Below, in pieces: positions 18,613 to 26,554 of a stretch of 64,000 nt of DNA. Origin of the DNA: an uncultured Clostridium sp. (GTDB taxonomy: Bacteria; Bacillota; Clostridia; Christensenellales; CAG-138); NCBI GenBank assembly GCA_964612925.1, contig CAZTFU010000002.1, positions 42,196-106,195 on the forward strand, given 5' to 3'. The translations under genes and the position numbers were made by a program. How positions within the stretch are numbered: position 1 is the stretch's first letter; each line of letters begins with the position of its first letter. The notes beneath the pieces were generated by a model, which was given only the letters and a program-made list of their open reading frames with translations, was not told the DNA's origin and searched no databases.

Positions 18613-18646
18613 CGCGGGGTGTGCAGCAAATGCGGCACACCCCGCG
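18613..18646 (-). terminator. GC-rich intercistronic stem-loop between the binding-protein and permease genes (partial terminator / mRNA stabiliser)
   Basis: Perfect 12-bp stem CGCGGGGTGTGC / GCACACCCCGCG with a 10-nt loop, 16 nt after the oppA-like stop. Only a weak U-tract follows. Confidence 0.5.
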
Positions 18647-18661
18647 ATTGAGCAGCTTAGG

Positions 18662-20245
18662 TTATGCTGCCGGCTTTACGTTTACGTAAGTGTCTATACG
18701 CTCATTGCCGAATAAGCCCACTCCGTTTGTCGGGTAACCCGTCCAACGGGTGGAAATGGCTTCAACGCTGAGAGAATAGCAGATGATGGAGTAGGGGCAA
18801 TCCTCATAAAGTATGCGCTGGCATTCTTCGATGGCGGCAGCACGCTCCTCCTCGTCAATGGTGGCATAGGCCGCGGCATATGCTTCATCATATGCGGGGT
18901 TGGAGTATCCGCTAGAGGAGTATCCGAGCGTTTCCCAATCCTGGAATATGCACAGTATGAATGCAGGGTCGGCATCTCCGCCCCAACCGTCAAGATTGAG
19001 CTGCCAATCGGGATTGCCATCGTATACGGTATCCCACATGGTGACCTTTTCAAGTGTGGTCCATCTTATCTCTATACCTGCTTCGGCGCAGTTTGTAATC
19101 AGCATGTTTACAACCGCAGACTGCCATGAGCTGCGTTCGGAAGCCGTTATAAGCTCAATGCTCAGCGGTTCACCGTTGCGTTCGCGTATGCCGTCTCCAT
19201 CGGTGTCGATATAACCTGCTTCATCAAGTATCTCATTTGCTTTATCAATGTTCAAATCGCGACGAATATCATCGGAAGGAACATATTTATAACCGGGGTT
19301 ATTAACCATGCCGTAGCCGATTTCGGCAAGTCCGCCATAGCCCATTTCTATTGCGCTTTCACGGTCAAGGCAATAATCTATTGCGTGGCGAATAACCTTA
19401 TCGCCCGTAACCTCATTCAGCATGTTATACGCAAGGTGTTCTTCACCAAAGCTTTCATAAAGCTCGGTATACGCACCCGAATCACCCTGAAGGTTATCAT
19501 ATTGTGTGCGGTCAAGGCCGTAGCAAGCATCAACTTCGCCAAGCTGCATAGCCTGTACCATGGTGTCATAATTGTCATACGGGGTGAATACAAGCACGTC
19601 GACATTGGGCTTTGTTCCCCAATAATTATCGTTGCGGATAAAGGCTATATTGCCGTTTGCACTGCGGGAAGAATCATAGATAAACGGACCGGAGCCGACA
19701 AGAGTATCCGTTTCATAGGTGAGTATATCATCCACCGTACTCCAAACATGCTCGGGCAGAACGGGGATTATCTGGTAAAGCATATCGGGCTTCGGCGTTT
19801 CGCAGTTGAACACCACGGTATATTCATCGGGACATTCTATCGAAGTAAAGCCACTTGCATGGGTTGAATACATATAGCTTTCTATTGCATTTTCATATGT
19901 CCACTTTACATCGGCCGATGTTACGGCTTCTCCGTCGGAGAATACCGCATCGTTGCGCAGATGGAATGTCCATACAAGTCCGTCATCGCTGCTTTCCCAC
20001 GTTTCCGCAAGACGAGGTACGGCCTTGAAGTCATCATCGTAAGCAATAAGCGAGTCGTAGCAAAAGTTCAAAAAGTCATAAACCATGCTCGAAGTTGTGG
20101 AGAAGAAGTTGAGTGTATCATAGTCGCCCGTAATTGCAACCTTGAATATAACTTCTTCATCGGTGCCTGCATTATCACTGCACGCGGTACAAAGGCTGAA
20201 CACCATGACCATGGACAGCAGTATAACTACCAGTTTTTTCATCAA
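18662..20245 (-). CDS. oppA: family-5 peptide-binding lipoprotein of the ABC importer
   Basis: Signal peptide MMKKLVVILLSMVMVFSLCTAC with Cys lipobox candidates. 527 aa, SBP_bac_5-like length and composition. AAGGAGGA RBS. Confidence 0.85.
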   Translation of the reverse strand: MMKKLVVILLSMVMVFSLCTACSDNAGTDEEVIFKVAITGDYDTLNFFSTTSSMVYDFLNFCYDSLIAYDDDFKAVPRLAETWESSDDGLVWTFHLRNDAVFSDGEAVTSADVKWTYENAIESYMYSTHASGFTSIECPDEYTVVFNCETPKPDMLYQIIPVLPEHVWSTVDDILTYETDTLVGSGPFIYDSSRSANGNIAFIRNDNYWGTKPNVDVLVFTPYDNYDTMVQAMQLGEVDACYGLDRTQYDNLQGDSGAYTELYESFGEEHLAYNMLNEVTGDKVIRHAIDYCLDRESAIEMGYGGLAEIGYGMVNNPGYKYVPSDDIRRDLNIDKANEILDEAGYIDTDGDGIRERNGEPLSIELITASERSSWQSAVVNMLITNCAEAGIEIRWTTLEKVTMWDTVYDGNPDWQLNLDGWGGDADPAFILCIFQDWETLGYSSSGYSNPAYDEAYAAAYATIDEEERAAAIEECQRILYEDCPYSIICYSLSVEAISTRWTGYPTNGVGLFGNERIDTYVNVKPAA

Positions 20246-20272
20246 AAGATCCTCCTTGATATTATTCTTGTT

Positions 20273-21223
20273 TTATGCTTCAATGCCGCTTTCAAGTACG
20301 GTAAATTCCTTCTTTACCGAATCAAGCCGAACTTTTACGCCCAGCGGCAGAGTTGCCATGTCGTTTGTGTGCCCAAGCGGTAAACCGTACATTACGGGCA
20401 CACCAAGCGGTTTGAGGTAGTATTCAAACACCTCTTCAATATGGACATCGGAAAGAAATCCGGGTTTATAGTCAAAAGGAACGCAATTGCTGCATTCACC
20501 TATCATAATTGCGGCAACGTCATCGAAAACGCCTGCGTTTCTTAAATGACTCATGGCGTTATCGACTATCCACGGTTCCGAATCCACCTCTTCGAAAAAC
20601 AGTATCTTGCCGCGGGTATCGGGCTGATAGGGGGTACCCATGCTGGCACATAGGAGGGTTAGATTGCCGCCTATAAGCTCGCCTTCCGCAACACCTTCGG
20701 TTATTGTATGCAGCCACTTTTTTGGATCATGCAACGGGATAACTCCAAGCGGTTCTTCAGTGGTAAGTGCTTTGAAAAACTGCTGCTTTGTATATTCCGT
20801 AAGATCTTCGGGATTAAAGCGTGCCATACCCGGACCATGGAATGTAACAAGCTGAGAAAACTTGTTTATCGCAAGGTGTAGCGATGTTATATCCGAAAAG
20901 CCGGTGAAAATCTTCGGGTTATTGTGTATAAGCTCGAAATCAAGGTGGCGAATTATTTGTGCGCTGCCGTAGCCGCCACGTGTACAACAGACGGCATCTA
21001 TAGACGGATCGGCAAACATGGCATTTATATCCGCCGCACGTTCAAGCTCGCTTGCGGCAACGAAGCCTTTACGAAGGTCAACATGCTGACCCATAACAAC
21101 CTTATAACCCATTTCTTCAATAAAATGCTTGGCGCGTGGGAGTTCCGACGGACAATCGGAAGGACTGGCCGGGGATACAAGGCCGATGGTAGCACCGAGT
21201 GAGAGCTTTTTGGGCTTTAACAT
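20273..21223 (-). CDS. ldcA: LD-carboxypeptidase (S66 family; muramoyl-tetrapeptide carboxypeptidase)
   Basis: GLVSPASP N-terminus, nucleophile motif FTGFSDITSLH, C-terminal GHTNDMATLPLG. The ATG at 21223 follows an AAAGGAG RBS; track ORF starts at 21241. Confidence 0.9.
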   Translation of the reverse strand: MLKPKKLSLGATIGLVSPASPSDCPSELPRAKHFIEEMGYKVVMGQHVDLRKGFVAASELERAADINAMFADPSIDAVCCTRGGYGSAQIIRHLDFELIHNNPKIFTGFSDITSLHLAINKFSQLVTFHGPGMARFNPEDLTEYTKQQFFKALTTEEPLGVIPLHDPKKWLHTITEGVAEGELIGGNLTLLCASMGTPYQPDTRGKILFFEEVDSEPWIVDNAMSHLRNAGVFDDVAAIMIGECSNCVPFDYKPGFLSDVHIEEVFEYYLKPLGVPVMYGLPLGHTNDMATLPLGVKVRLDSVKKEFTVLESGIEA

Positions 21224-21256
21224 ATGCGCTCCTTTCCACATAAATACATTATTAAA

Positions 21257-21287
21257 AGAATAAACCTCGGAGCAACTCCGAGGTCAA
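21257..21287 (-). promoter_or_regulatory. MerR-type promoter/operator for the ldcA operon, which may double as the terminator of the upstream regulator gene
   Basis: Minus strand reads TTGACC (21287-21282), 19-nt spacer, TATTCT (21262-21257). The spacer is filled by a perfect dyad ACCTCGGAG-TTG-CTCCGAGGT (21284-21264). Begins 12 nt after the MerR stop. Confidence 0.55.
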
Positions 21288-21298
21288 TACTTTTTTAG

Positions 21299-22087
21299 CT
21301 ATTGTTGAATAACGGCATATACGCAATAAATGGCCTTGCGGTGACCGCCCACAAAATAGTTTGTGTTTTCATGTCCGTAAAACTTTCCCGTAAGGGCTAT
21401 GCCGTTTGATGCGGCATAATCGATAATGGGCTGCAGCATATTCATGGGCTCATCATTAAAGTGAACCTCGGTAATGAGGCAATGCGGTTCCTGTTCAACT
21501 ATTATATCGTTGCGCATGTTGGACGGTTTTAATCTTACGGACCCGCGAAATGACAAATATCTTTCCATATGCGGAGATGAGTCGTTTTGATCATACGTAA
21601 AGGACATTGAAATATCCATCCAGTTGCCGCGCTCAAAGTCAAAGCAGTTTTTAAGATATTCCGCTATATGCTTGCTTTGGTCATAGCAATCTCGGCGGCG
21701 ATAGCATGGCGGCATTGGGCCAAAGCTGAATGTACCTATACTGCGCATTTCTTCAACGTGCAGCTCGCTCCATGACTGTAACTCGTGCAAAGCATCGATC
21801 TTTTCGCGTATTTCGCTTATAAGCTCACTTTTGCGATGCTCTATGACCTGCTGTATATCCTCAAGCGGAAGCTCATCAACCATAATCGAACGAATATCGG
21901 GTATCGTAAGCGACATGCTGCGATAAAACAGAATATCCGTAAGCTTTAATAAATCCTCGGATGAGTATTCATAATAGTTGTTGTTTTGATTGCGCTGTGG
22001 AGTAATAAGCCCTTCGCGGACATAATAGCGAATGGTTTCCGTGGATATATTCAGTGCCTTTGAAATTTCATTGGCCGTTAGATTCAT
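21299..22087 (-). CDS. MerR-family transcriptional regulator with a C-terminal effector-binding (probably GyrI-like) domain
   Basis: N-terminal wHTH MNLTANEISKALNISTETIRYYVREGLITP, a coiled-coil linker and a ~150-aa C-terminal domain. The start at 22087 fits the usual MerR HTH position; track ORF starts at 22102. Confidence 0.85.
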   Translation of the reverse strand: MNLTANEISKALNISTETIRYYVREGLITPQRNQNNNYYEYSSEDLLKLTDILFYRSMSLTIPDIRSIMVDELPLEDIQQVIEHRKSELISEIREKIDALHELQSWSELHVEEMRSIGTFSFGPMPPCYRRRDCYDQSKHIAEYLKNCFDFERGNWMDISMSFTYDQNDSSPHMERYLSFRGSVRLKPSNMRNDIIVEQEPHCLITEVHFNDEPMNMLQPIIDYAASNGIALTGKFYGHENTNYFVGGHRKAIYCVYAVIQQ

Positions 22088-22126
22088 GTCAGCATCTTCC
22101 ATCGCGCTAAGCGCAGGATTTATCTT

Positions 22127-22155
22127 ATTTTATCGCTTCATAGCGGGGAAGTCAA
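22127..22155 (-). promoter_or_regulatory. putative sigma-A promoter of the MerR-family gene
   Basis: Minus strand TTGACT (22155-22150), 17-nt spacer, TAAAAT (22132-22127). Confidence 0.45.
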
Positions 22156-22190
22156 TGCGGGCAAATGACACGACAGAGAAAGTATATAAA

Positions 22191-22227
22191 ACCGCAGCAA
22201 TAGGGGAGTATACCATTTTGCTGCGGT
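22191..22227 (-). terminator. putative terminator after the DUF1653 gene
   Basis: 10-bp stem ACCGCAGCAA / TTGCTGCGGT with a 17-nt loop, followed on the minus strand by TTTATATACTTT. Lies 11 nt after the stop. Confidence 0.5.
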
Positions 22228-22237
22228 CAAAAACATT

Positions 22238-22480
22238 TTAAGTGTTTAATTCTATATTCTGTAGCTCAAACCTGTACTTCTGCTTACACTCGGGATATTT
22301 TTCGTGATCCACCTCACTTAAAAACATGTCAAGCGGTCGAATCCAAAGCGAACCGTCACCGTATAGCTTCCTATATATAACATATTGCTCTCCCGTTTCA
22401 CTGTGGAGTGCAATATCTTCAGTAAGATAATAATTGCCTTTGAAATGGCGGTATACTCTTTTAAGCTTTATTTCGCGCAT
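22238..22480 (-). CDS. DUF1653-like small protein
   Basis: [45 protein letters not shown] matches my recollection of the DUF1653 signature. The ATG at 22480 follows an AAAGGA RBS; track ORF starts at 22552. Confidence 0.65.
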   Translation of the reverse strand: MREIKLKRVYRHFKGNYYLTEDIALHSETGEQYVIYRKLYGDGSLWIRPLDMFLSEVDHEKYPECKQKYRFELQNIELNT

Positions 22481-22494
22481 TACGTATCCTTTCA

Positions 22495-22522
22495 TAATAA
22501 AACCGAGAGTAACAACTCTCGG
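22495..22522 (-). terminator. putative intrinsic terminator directly after the orphan carrier-protein gene
   Basis: Minus strand CCGAGAGT-TGTT-ACTCTCGG (22522-22503) followed by TTTTATTAT. Lies 27 nt after the stop at 22549. Confidence 0.5.
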
Positions 22523-22548
22523 CTTGGTTTGCGGCGTAAAAGACAGCG

Positions 22549-22758
22549 TCACGCCGTGAGCGCATCAACGCGGCAAATAAGATCGTTGAGCGTATGTATA
22601 CTTTCTTCATCCTCAACTATCAAATCGAGCTGATCCTCGACCTCAAGTATAATTTCGGTAAGATCGAGTGAATCTATACACCTGTCGCACTCACCTTCCA
22701 TGGAAGATTGGCCGGTTACGGCGCAAGCTATCTCCACGATCCTTTCCAGATTTGACAT
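22549..22758 (-). CDS. orphan acyl/peptidyl carrier protein-like protein (69 aa)
   Basis: A DSLD phosphopantetheine-attachment-type motif ([18 protein letters not shown]), acidic helices, ACP-like length. GGAGG RBS 7 nt upstream of the ATG at 22758. The 160-aa track ORF N-terminus is antisense to the neighbouring gene. Confidence 0.65.
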   Translation of the reverse strand: MSNLERIVEIACAVTGQSSMEGECDRCIDSLDLTEIILEVEDQLDLIVEDEESIHTLNDLICRVDALTA

Positions 22759-22825
22759 AAAATGACCTCCGAATAATTGCTTATAAATAATATGAAGTAT
22801 TATGCGTAAAAAACACGCAAATGCG

Positions 22826-22854
22826 ATTCTACCGCAATTGAAGCATATTGTCAA
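22826..22854 (-). promoter_or_regulatory. near-consensus sigma-A promoter for the carrier-protein gene
   Basis: Minus strand TTGACA (22854-22849), 17-nt spacer, TAGAAT (22831-22826). Confidence 0.6.
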
Positions 22855-22933
22855 TACGGCTAACATATCGCTTCCATATATTGTGCTTTTGCGGTATAAT
22901 GCACAATATAAGCTGTGGGTAAAGGAGCAAAGC

Positions 22934-23911
22934 ATGAGCAACAAAAGTAAAACAAAAATGGATGCCAAAACAAAGAAAAAGCTGATGTATATAGTAATCG
23001 CGGCGGTTTTGGCCTTAATAGCCATATTCAAACCCGAATGGCTTGATTACTTCATTGATAATACTGATGAAGCGGGAAATATGGGCACCGTTGACGCAAC
23101 GCTTTCGCCTGATGTTTCTTCAAACGACGGTAATGATGACAGCGGATTGTATGTTGCTTTTATAAATGTGGGGCAGGGGGACAGTATTTTTATGCGCTCC
23201 ACAAGCGGGAAAACATTGCTTATTGATGCGGGCACGCCGGATGCTTTTGAAAGCATAAAAAACGTGCTTGACGAAAACGGTGTTACAAAGCTTGATGCCG
23301 TGGTAATGACGCACCCGCACAGCGACCATATGGGCAGTATGAAAAAGGTCGTGGAGAATTATGACATAGGCGTATTCTATATGCCCGATGCCGTGAACAC
23401 AACAAGCTCGTTTGAAAAGCTCATAACCGCACTTGAAACAAACAAAGTAAAAACCAAAACGATATGGGGTGGGCCAAGCGCAACCTTAAGCTGGGATGAC
23501 GATGTTGAAATAAGGGTTCTTTCACCGCTGAAGGGCAATGATTATGACCTTAACAACGTGAGCATTGTTTTACATGTTGCATACAAAAACACATCGCTCC
23601 TTCTGACGGGAGATGCGGAAAAATACGCGGAAAAGCTTATACTTGAGGATGAAGCGGATTTATTGAAGGCTGATGTGCTCAAAGCGGGTCACCACGGTTC
23701 CTCAACTTCAAGCAGTCAGGCATTTCTTGATGCAGTCGATCCCGAAGTGGTCATACTTTCGCTCGGTAAAGACAATGACTACGGTCACCCCCATAAGGAA
23801 ACCATGGAACGACTGAATAAACTCGGCGTAAAAATATACCGTACCGACGAGGTCGGCACGGTAGAAATGCTGTTTACGGAAAACGAAGTGCGCTTACTCA
23901 GCGGGAAATAG
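22934..23911 (+). CDS. membrane-anchored MBL-fold hydrolase, ComEC/Rec2 C-terminal-domain type
   Basis: N-terminal anchor KKKLMYIVIAAVLALIAIF, then VGQGDS, MTHPHSDHMG (HxHxDH), GDAE, AGHHGS. The ATG at 22934 follows AAAGGAG; track ORF starts at 22802. Confidence 0.82.
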   Translation: MSNKSKTKMDAKTKKKLMYIVIAAVLALIAIFKPEWLDYFIDNTDEAGNMGTVDATLSPDVSSNDGNDDSGLYVAFINVGQGDSIFMRSTSGKTLLIDAGTPDAFESIKNVLDENGVTKLDAVVMTHPHSDHMGSMKKVVENYDIGVFYMPDAVNTTSSFEKLITALETNKVKTKTIWGGPSATLSWDDDVEIRVLSPLKGNDYDLNNVSIVLHVAYKNTSLLLTGDAEKYAEKLILEDEADLLKADVLKAGHHGSSTSSSQAFLDAVDPEVVILSLGKDNDYGHPHKETMERLNKLGVKIYRTDEVGTVEMLFTENEVRLLSGK

Positions 23912-25621
23912 TTCCGCAAAAAGCTCACGTATTTGTTGAGCAGGCAGCTTTTCAACGGCCCTGTCATATGTGACGAGACCATTAAGCTCATCCTCGACAT
24001 CACTTAATTGAGTATATATTGCTGCGGATAGCCCTTGCCGATAGGCGGGGGCTATATCTTCGCGGTAAAGCTCACAGAACTCCTTCAAATATTCTTCATC
24101 ATTCTTCATGCGGCGATAGCCGTAATCCTTTCTGTTGAAGCAATGTCCGTTTATTCTGCGATTATAGCCGCCAAACTCACTTAATACAAGCACTCGCCCA
24201 AGCTTATCGGGCTTGAACTTGTAATCTCTAAAATAGATGTGCAAGCTTTCAACATCACCGGCACCTTGGTCATGCCAACCGCTTGCATGGTCGATGGTGC
24301 GCGTATCGTCAATGGAACGAACAAGCTCACTGACCTTTACAGAATCAAATTGACCCCAGCCTTCATTAAACGGTACCCACATTGCTATGCATGGGCAATT
24401 ATAAAGCTGATGTATCATCTCTTTAAGCTCCGCATAGTATTGTTCGCGCCCCTCGGCATCCTCACGAGCAAAGCTTACATAATTCTTTTCGGTATCGCTC
24501 ATGCTGCCAATGCCGACCAACGGTGCGATTATGACTGATGTTTTGTATTTGCCACCGCCAGATGGCATATCCTGCCAAACAAGCATACCAAGCCTGTCAC
24601 AATGATAGTAGAAACGCAGGGGTTCTATTTTTATATGTTTTCTCAGCGTATTGTAACCGAAGGCTTTCATGGTGAGAATATCATTTATATATGCTTCATC
24701 ACTCGCTGCGGTATACAAACCATCTGACCAGTAGCCCTGATCGAGCACTCCGTTATGGAAATAGGGCTTATTGTTCAGCATAAGGCGGGGGAGCCCGTTC
24801 TCGTCTTTACCAACCGAGAATTTGCGCATGGCAAAATAGCTTTTTACGCAATCCTCACCCATGCGTATATCAAGATCGTAAAGATAAGGAGATTCGGGTG
24901 TCCATTCACGGAAACCTGCCATGCTCATATGTATCGGCTGATTGGCCATACCATGAGCCACAACATCACCGACCCGTACAATACACTCTTTAGAAGAATC
25001 GGGATAATTGCTGAATGCGGTTACCTCAATTGCACTTTGGTCAAACAACGGGGTTATTTTCAATGCCTCAATATAATCGTCACACACGCTTTCAAGCCAA
25101 ACGGTCTGCCATATGCCGCTTTGCGGAGTGTACCAGATCCCGCCTCGCTTTATCTTCTGCTTGCCGCGAGAATGATACGAGGTATCCGTATAATCCCGTA
25201 CCTTTACGGTAAGTACGTTTTCCTTCTTTATATAATCGGTAATGTCAAATGTAAATGAGGTGTATCCTCCGATATGGGAACCCACATCAACTCCGTTAAC
25301 GTATACGGTCGCTATCTGGTCAACGGCACCGAAATGGAGCAATACGCGCCCACGATTAAAGTCAGCAGGAATATCGAAACTGCGCGAATACCAAAGCAAC
25401 TCATCCGGCTGAACCATTCTCTTTACGCCCGAAAGCTCACATTCGGGAGAAAACGGAACAATGATTTCGCCATCCATGGCCTCGGGCACGGCATTCGCGG
25501 CGGTTATTGCGTATTGCCACGCTCCGTTAAGGTTTATATAGCTGTTGCGCACAAGCTGAGGACGCGGGTATTCCTGCAAAACCGAATCCTTATCAAGCTT
25601 TTTACCCCATTTTGTTAACAT
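23894..25621 (-). CDS. glycoside hydrolase family 2 (beta-galactosidase/beta-glucuronidase type)
   Basis: GH2 sugar-binding N-terminus (INLNGAWQY, LHFGAVDQIATVYVNG) and TIM-barrel acid/base region MWVPFNEGWGQ. Confidence 0.85.
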   Translation of the reverse strand: MLTKWGKKLDKDSVLQEYPRPQLVRNSYINLNGAWQYAITAANAVPEAMDGEIIVPFSPECELSGVKRMVQPDELLWYSRSFDIPADFNRGRVLLHFGAVDQIATVYVNGVDVGSHIGGYTSFTFDITDYIKKENVLTVKVRDYTDTSYHSRGKQKIKRGGIWYTPQSGIWQTVWLESVCDDYIEALKITPLFDQSAIEVTAFSNYPDSSKECIVRVGDVVAHGMANQPIHMSMAGFREWTPESPYLYDLDIRMGEDCVKSYFAMRKFSVGKDENGLPRLMLNNKPYFHNGVLDQGYWSDGLYTAASDEAYINDILTMKAFGYNTLRKHIKIEPLRFYYHCDRLGMLVWQDMPSGGGKYKTSVIIAPLVGIGSMSDTEKNYVSFAREDAEGREQYYAELKEMIHQLYNCPCIAMWVPFNEGWGQFDSVKVSELVRSIDDTRTIDHASGWHDQGAGDVESLHIYFRDYKFKPDKLGRVLVLSEFGGYNRRINGHCFNRKDYGYRRMKNDEEYLKEFCELYREDIAPAYRQGLSAAIYTQLSDVEDELNGLVTYDRAVEKLPAQQIRELFAELFPAE

Positions 25622-25648
25622 ATAACATTCCTCCGTAAATCAAGTTTA

Positions 25649-26380
25649 TCAATATGGAAAGCCCCCGCTTACTTCAAGCACTTGCCCCGTTATAAAAGAA
25701 GCATCGTCTGAAGCAAGAAAGAGCATTGCCTTTGCAACATCGTCAGGCCGACCGAGTCTGCCAAGCGGGGTTTGATTCATCAGCTGACGCTTATCTGCTT
25801 CATCGAAAACGGACATCATATCCGTTTCGATAACCCCGGGCGCAATACAGTTCACTCTGACGCCGCTTGGCCCAAGTTCTCGACTGAGTGCCTTGGTAAG
25901 CCCTATCACGCCCGCCTTTGCGGCCGAGTATGCAACCTCACAGGAGCCGCCGTATATGCCCCAAACCGAGGAAACGGTAATTATGCTACCCATTCTTTGC
26001 CTGATAAGGGGCAAAGATGAATGAATCATGTTGTATACGCCCGTAAGGTCGGTATTCATTACATTTTGCCAATCATTAAAGCTTGTATCCTCAAGGAGAG
26101 AATAGCAGGCGATGCCCGCATTCGCTATTACAACATCTATTCCGCCAAGTGTTGATTCAATGTTTTTGGCCAAGGCTTCGGCAACTTGCGGATCGGATAT
26201 GTCACCCTTTACGGGCATTGCCATTGCGCCGATGTCGCTAAGCTCACTCATCAGTTTTTTTATGGCAATATCATTACTGCAATAACCTGCGGCTATTTTA
26301 TAACCGGCCTTGGCAAATGCCAATGCGGCACTTCGGCCTATTCCGCGTGATGCGCCGCTTATCCATACGGTCTTTGCCAT
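25649..26380 (-). CDS. short-chain dehydrogenase/reductase (FabG-like)
   Basis: ISGASRGIG cofactor motif, NAG, catalytic SSVWG...YSAAK, PGVIETDM. Confidence 0.88.
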   Translation of the reverse strand: MAKTVWISGASRGIGRSAALAFAKAGYKIAAGYCSNDIAIKKLMSELSDIGAMAMPVKGDISDPQVAEALAKNIESTLGGIDVVIANAGIACYSLLEDTSFNDWQNVMNTDLTGVYNMIHSSLPLIRQRMGSIITVSSVWGIYGGSCEVAYSAAKAGVIGLTKALSRELGPSGVRVNCIAPGVIETDMMSVFDEADKRQLMNQTPLGRLGRPDDVAKAMLFLASDDASFITGQVLEVSGGFPY

Positions 26381-26554
26381 GTTTGCCCTCCGATTTCATG
26401 CCGAATTATTATTCTAAACGATATCATAAAATAGGTTTTATTTCCACATGTTTTTACCGAAAACCACAAATTTAAGTAACTAATTAAACTGTTTTATATT
26501 TTTTGTAAATGAGTTATAATAGGTGCTGTTAGTAAAAAAGAAAAGGAGCGAATA

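Noticed and set aside
18003-18689. 228-aa plus-strand ORF
   Set aside because: It is entirely antisense to the oppB-like permease and the intergenic hairpin. The composition is basic and Cys/His/Asn-rich, and there is no RBS or recognisable domain.
22759-23031. N-terminal 91 codons of the 160-aa track ORF 22549..23031 (-)
   Set aside because: - This hydrophobic extension is antisense to the 5' end of the MBL hydrolase gene.
- It also spans the carrier-protein gene's own promoter.
- The internal ATG at 22758 has an ideal GGAGG RBS and yields an ACP-sized protein.
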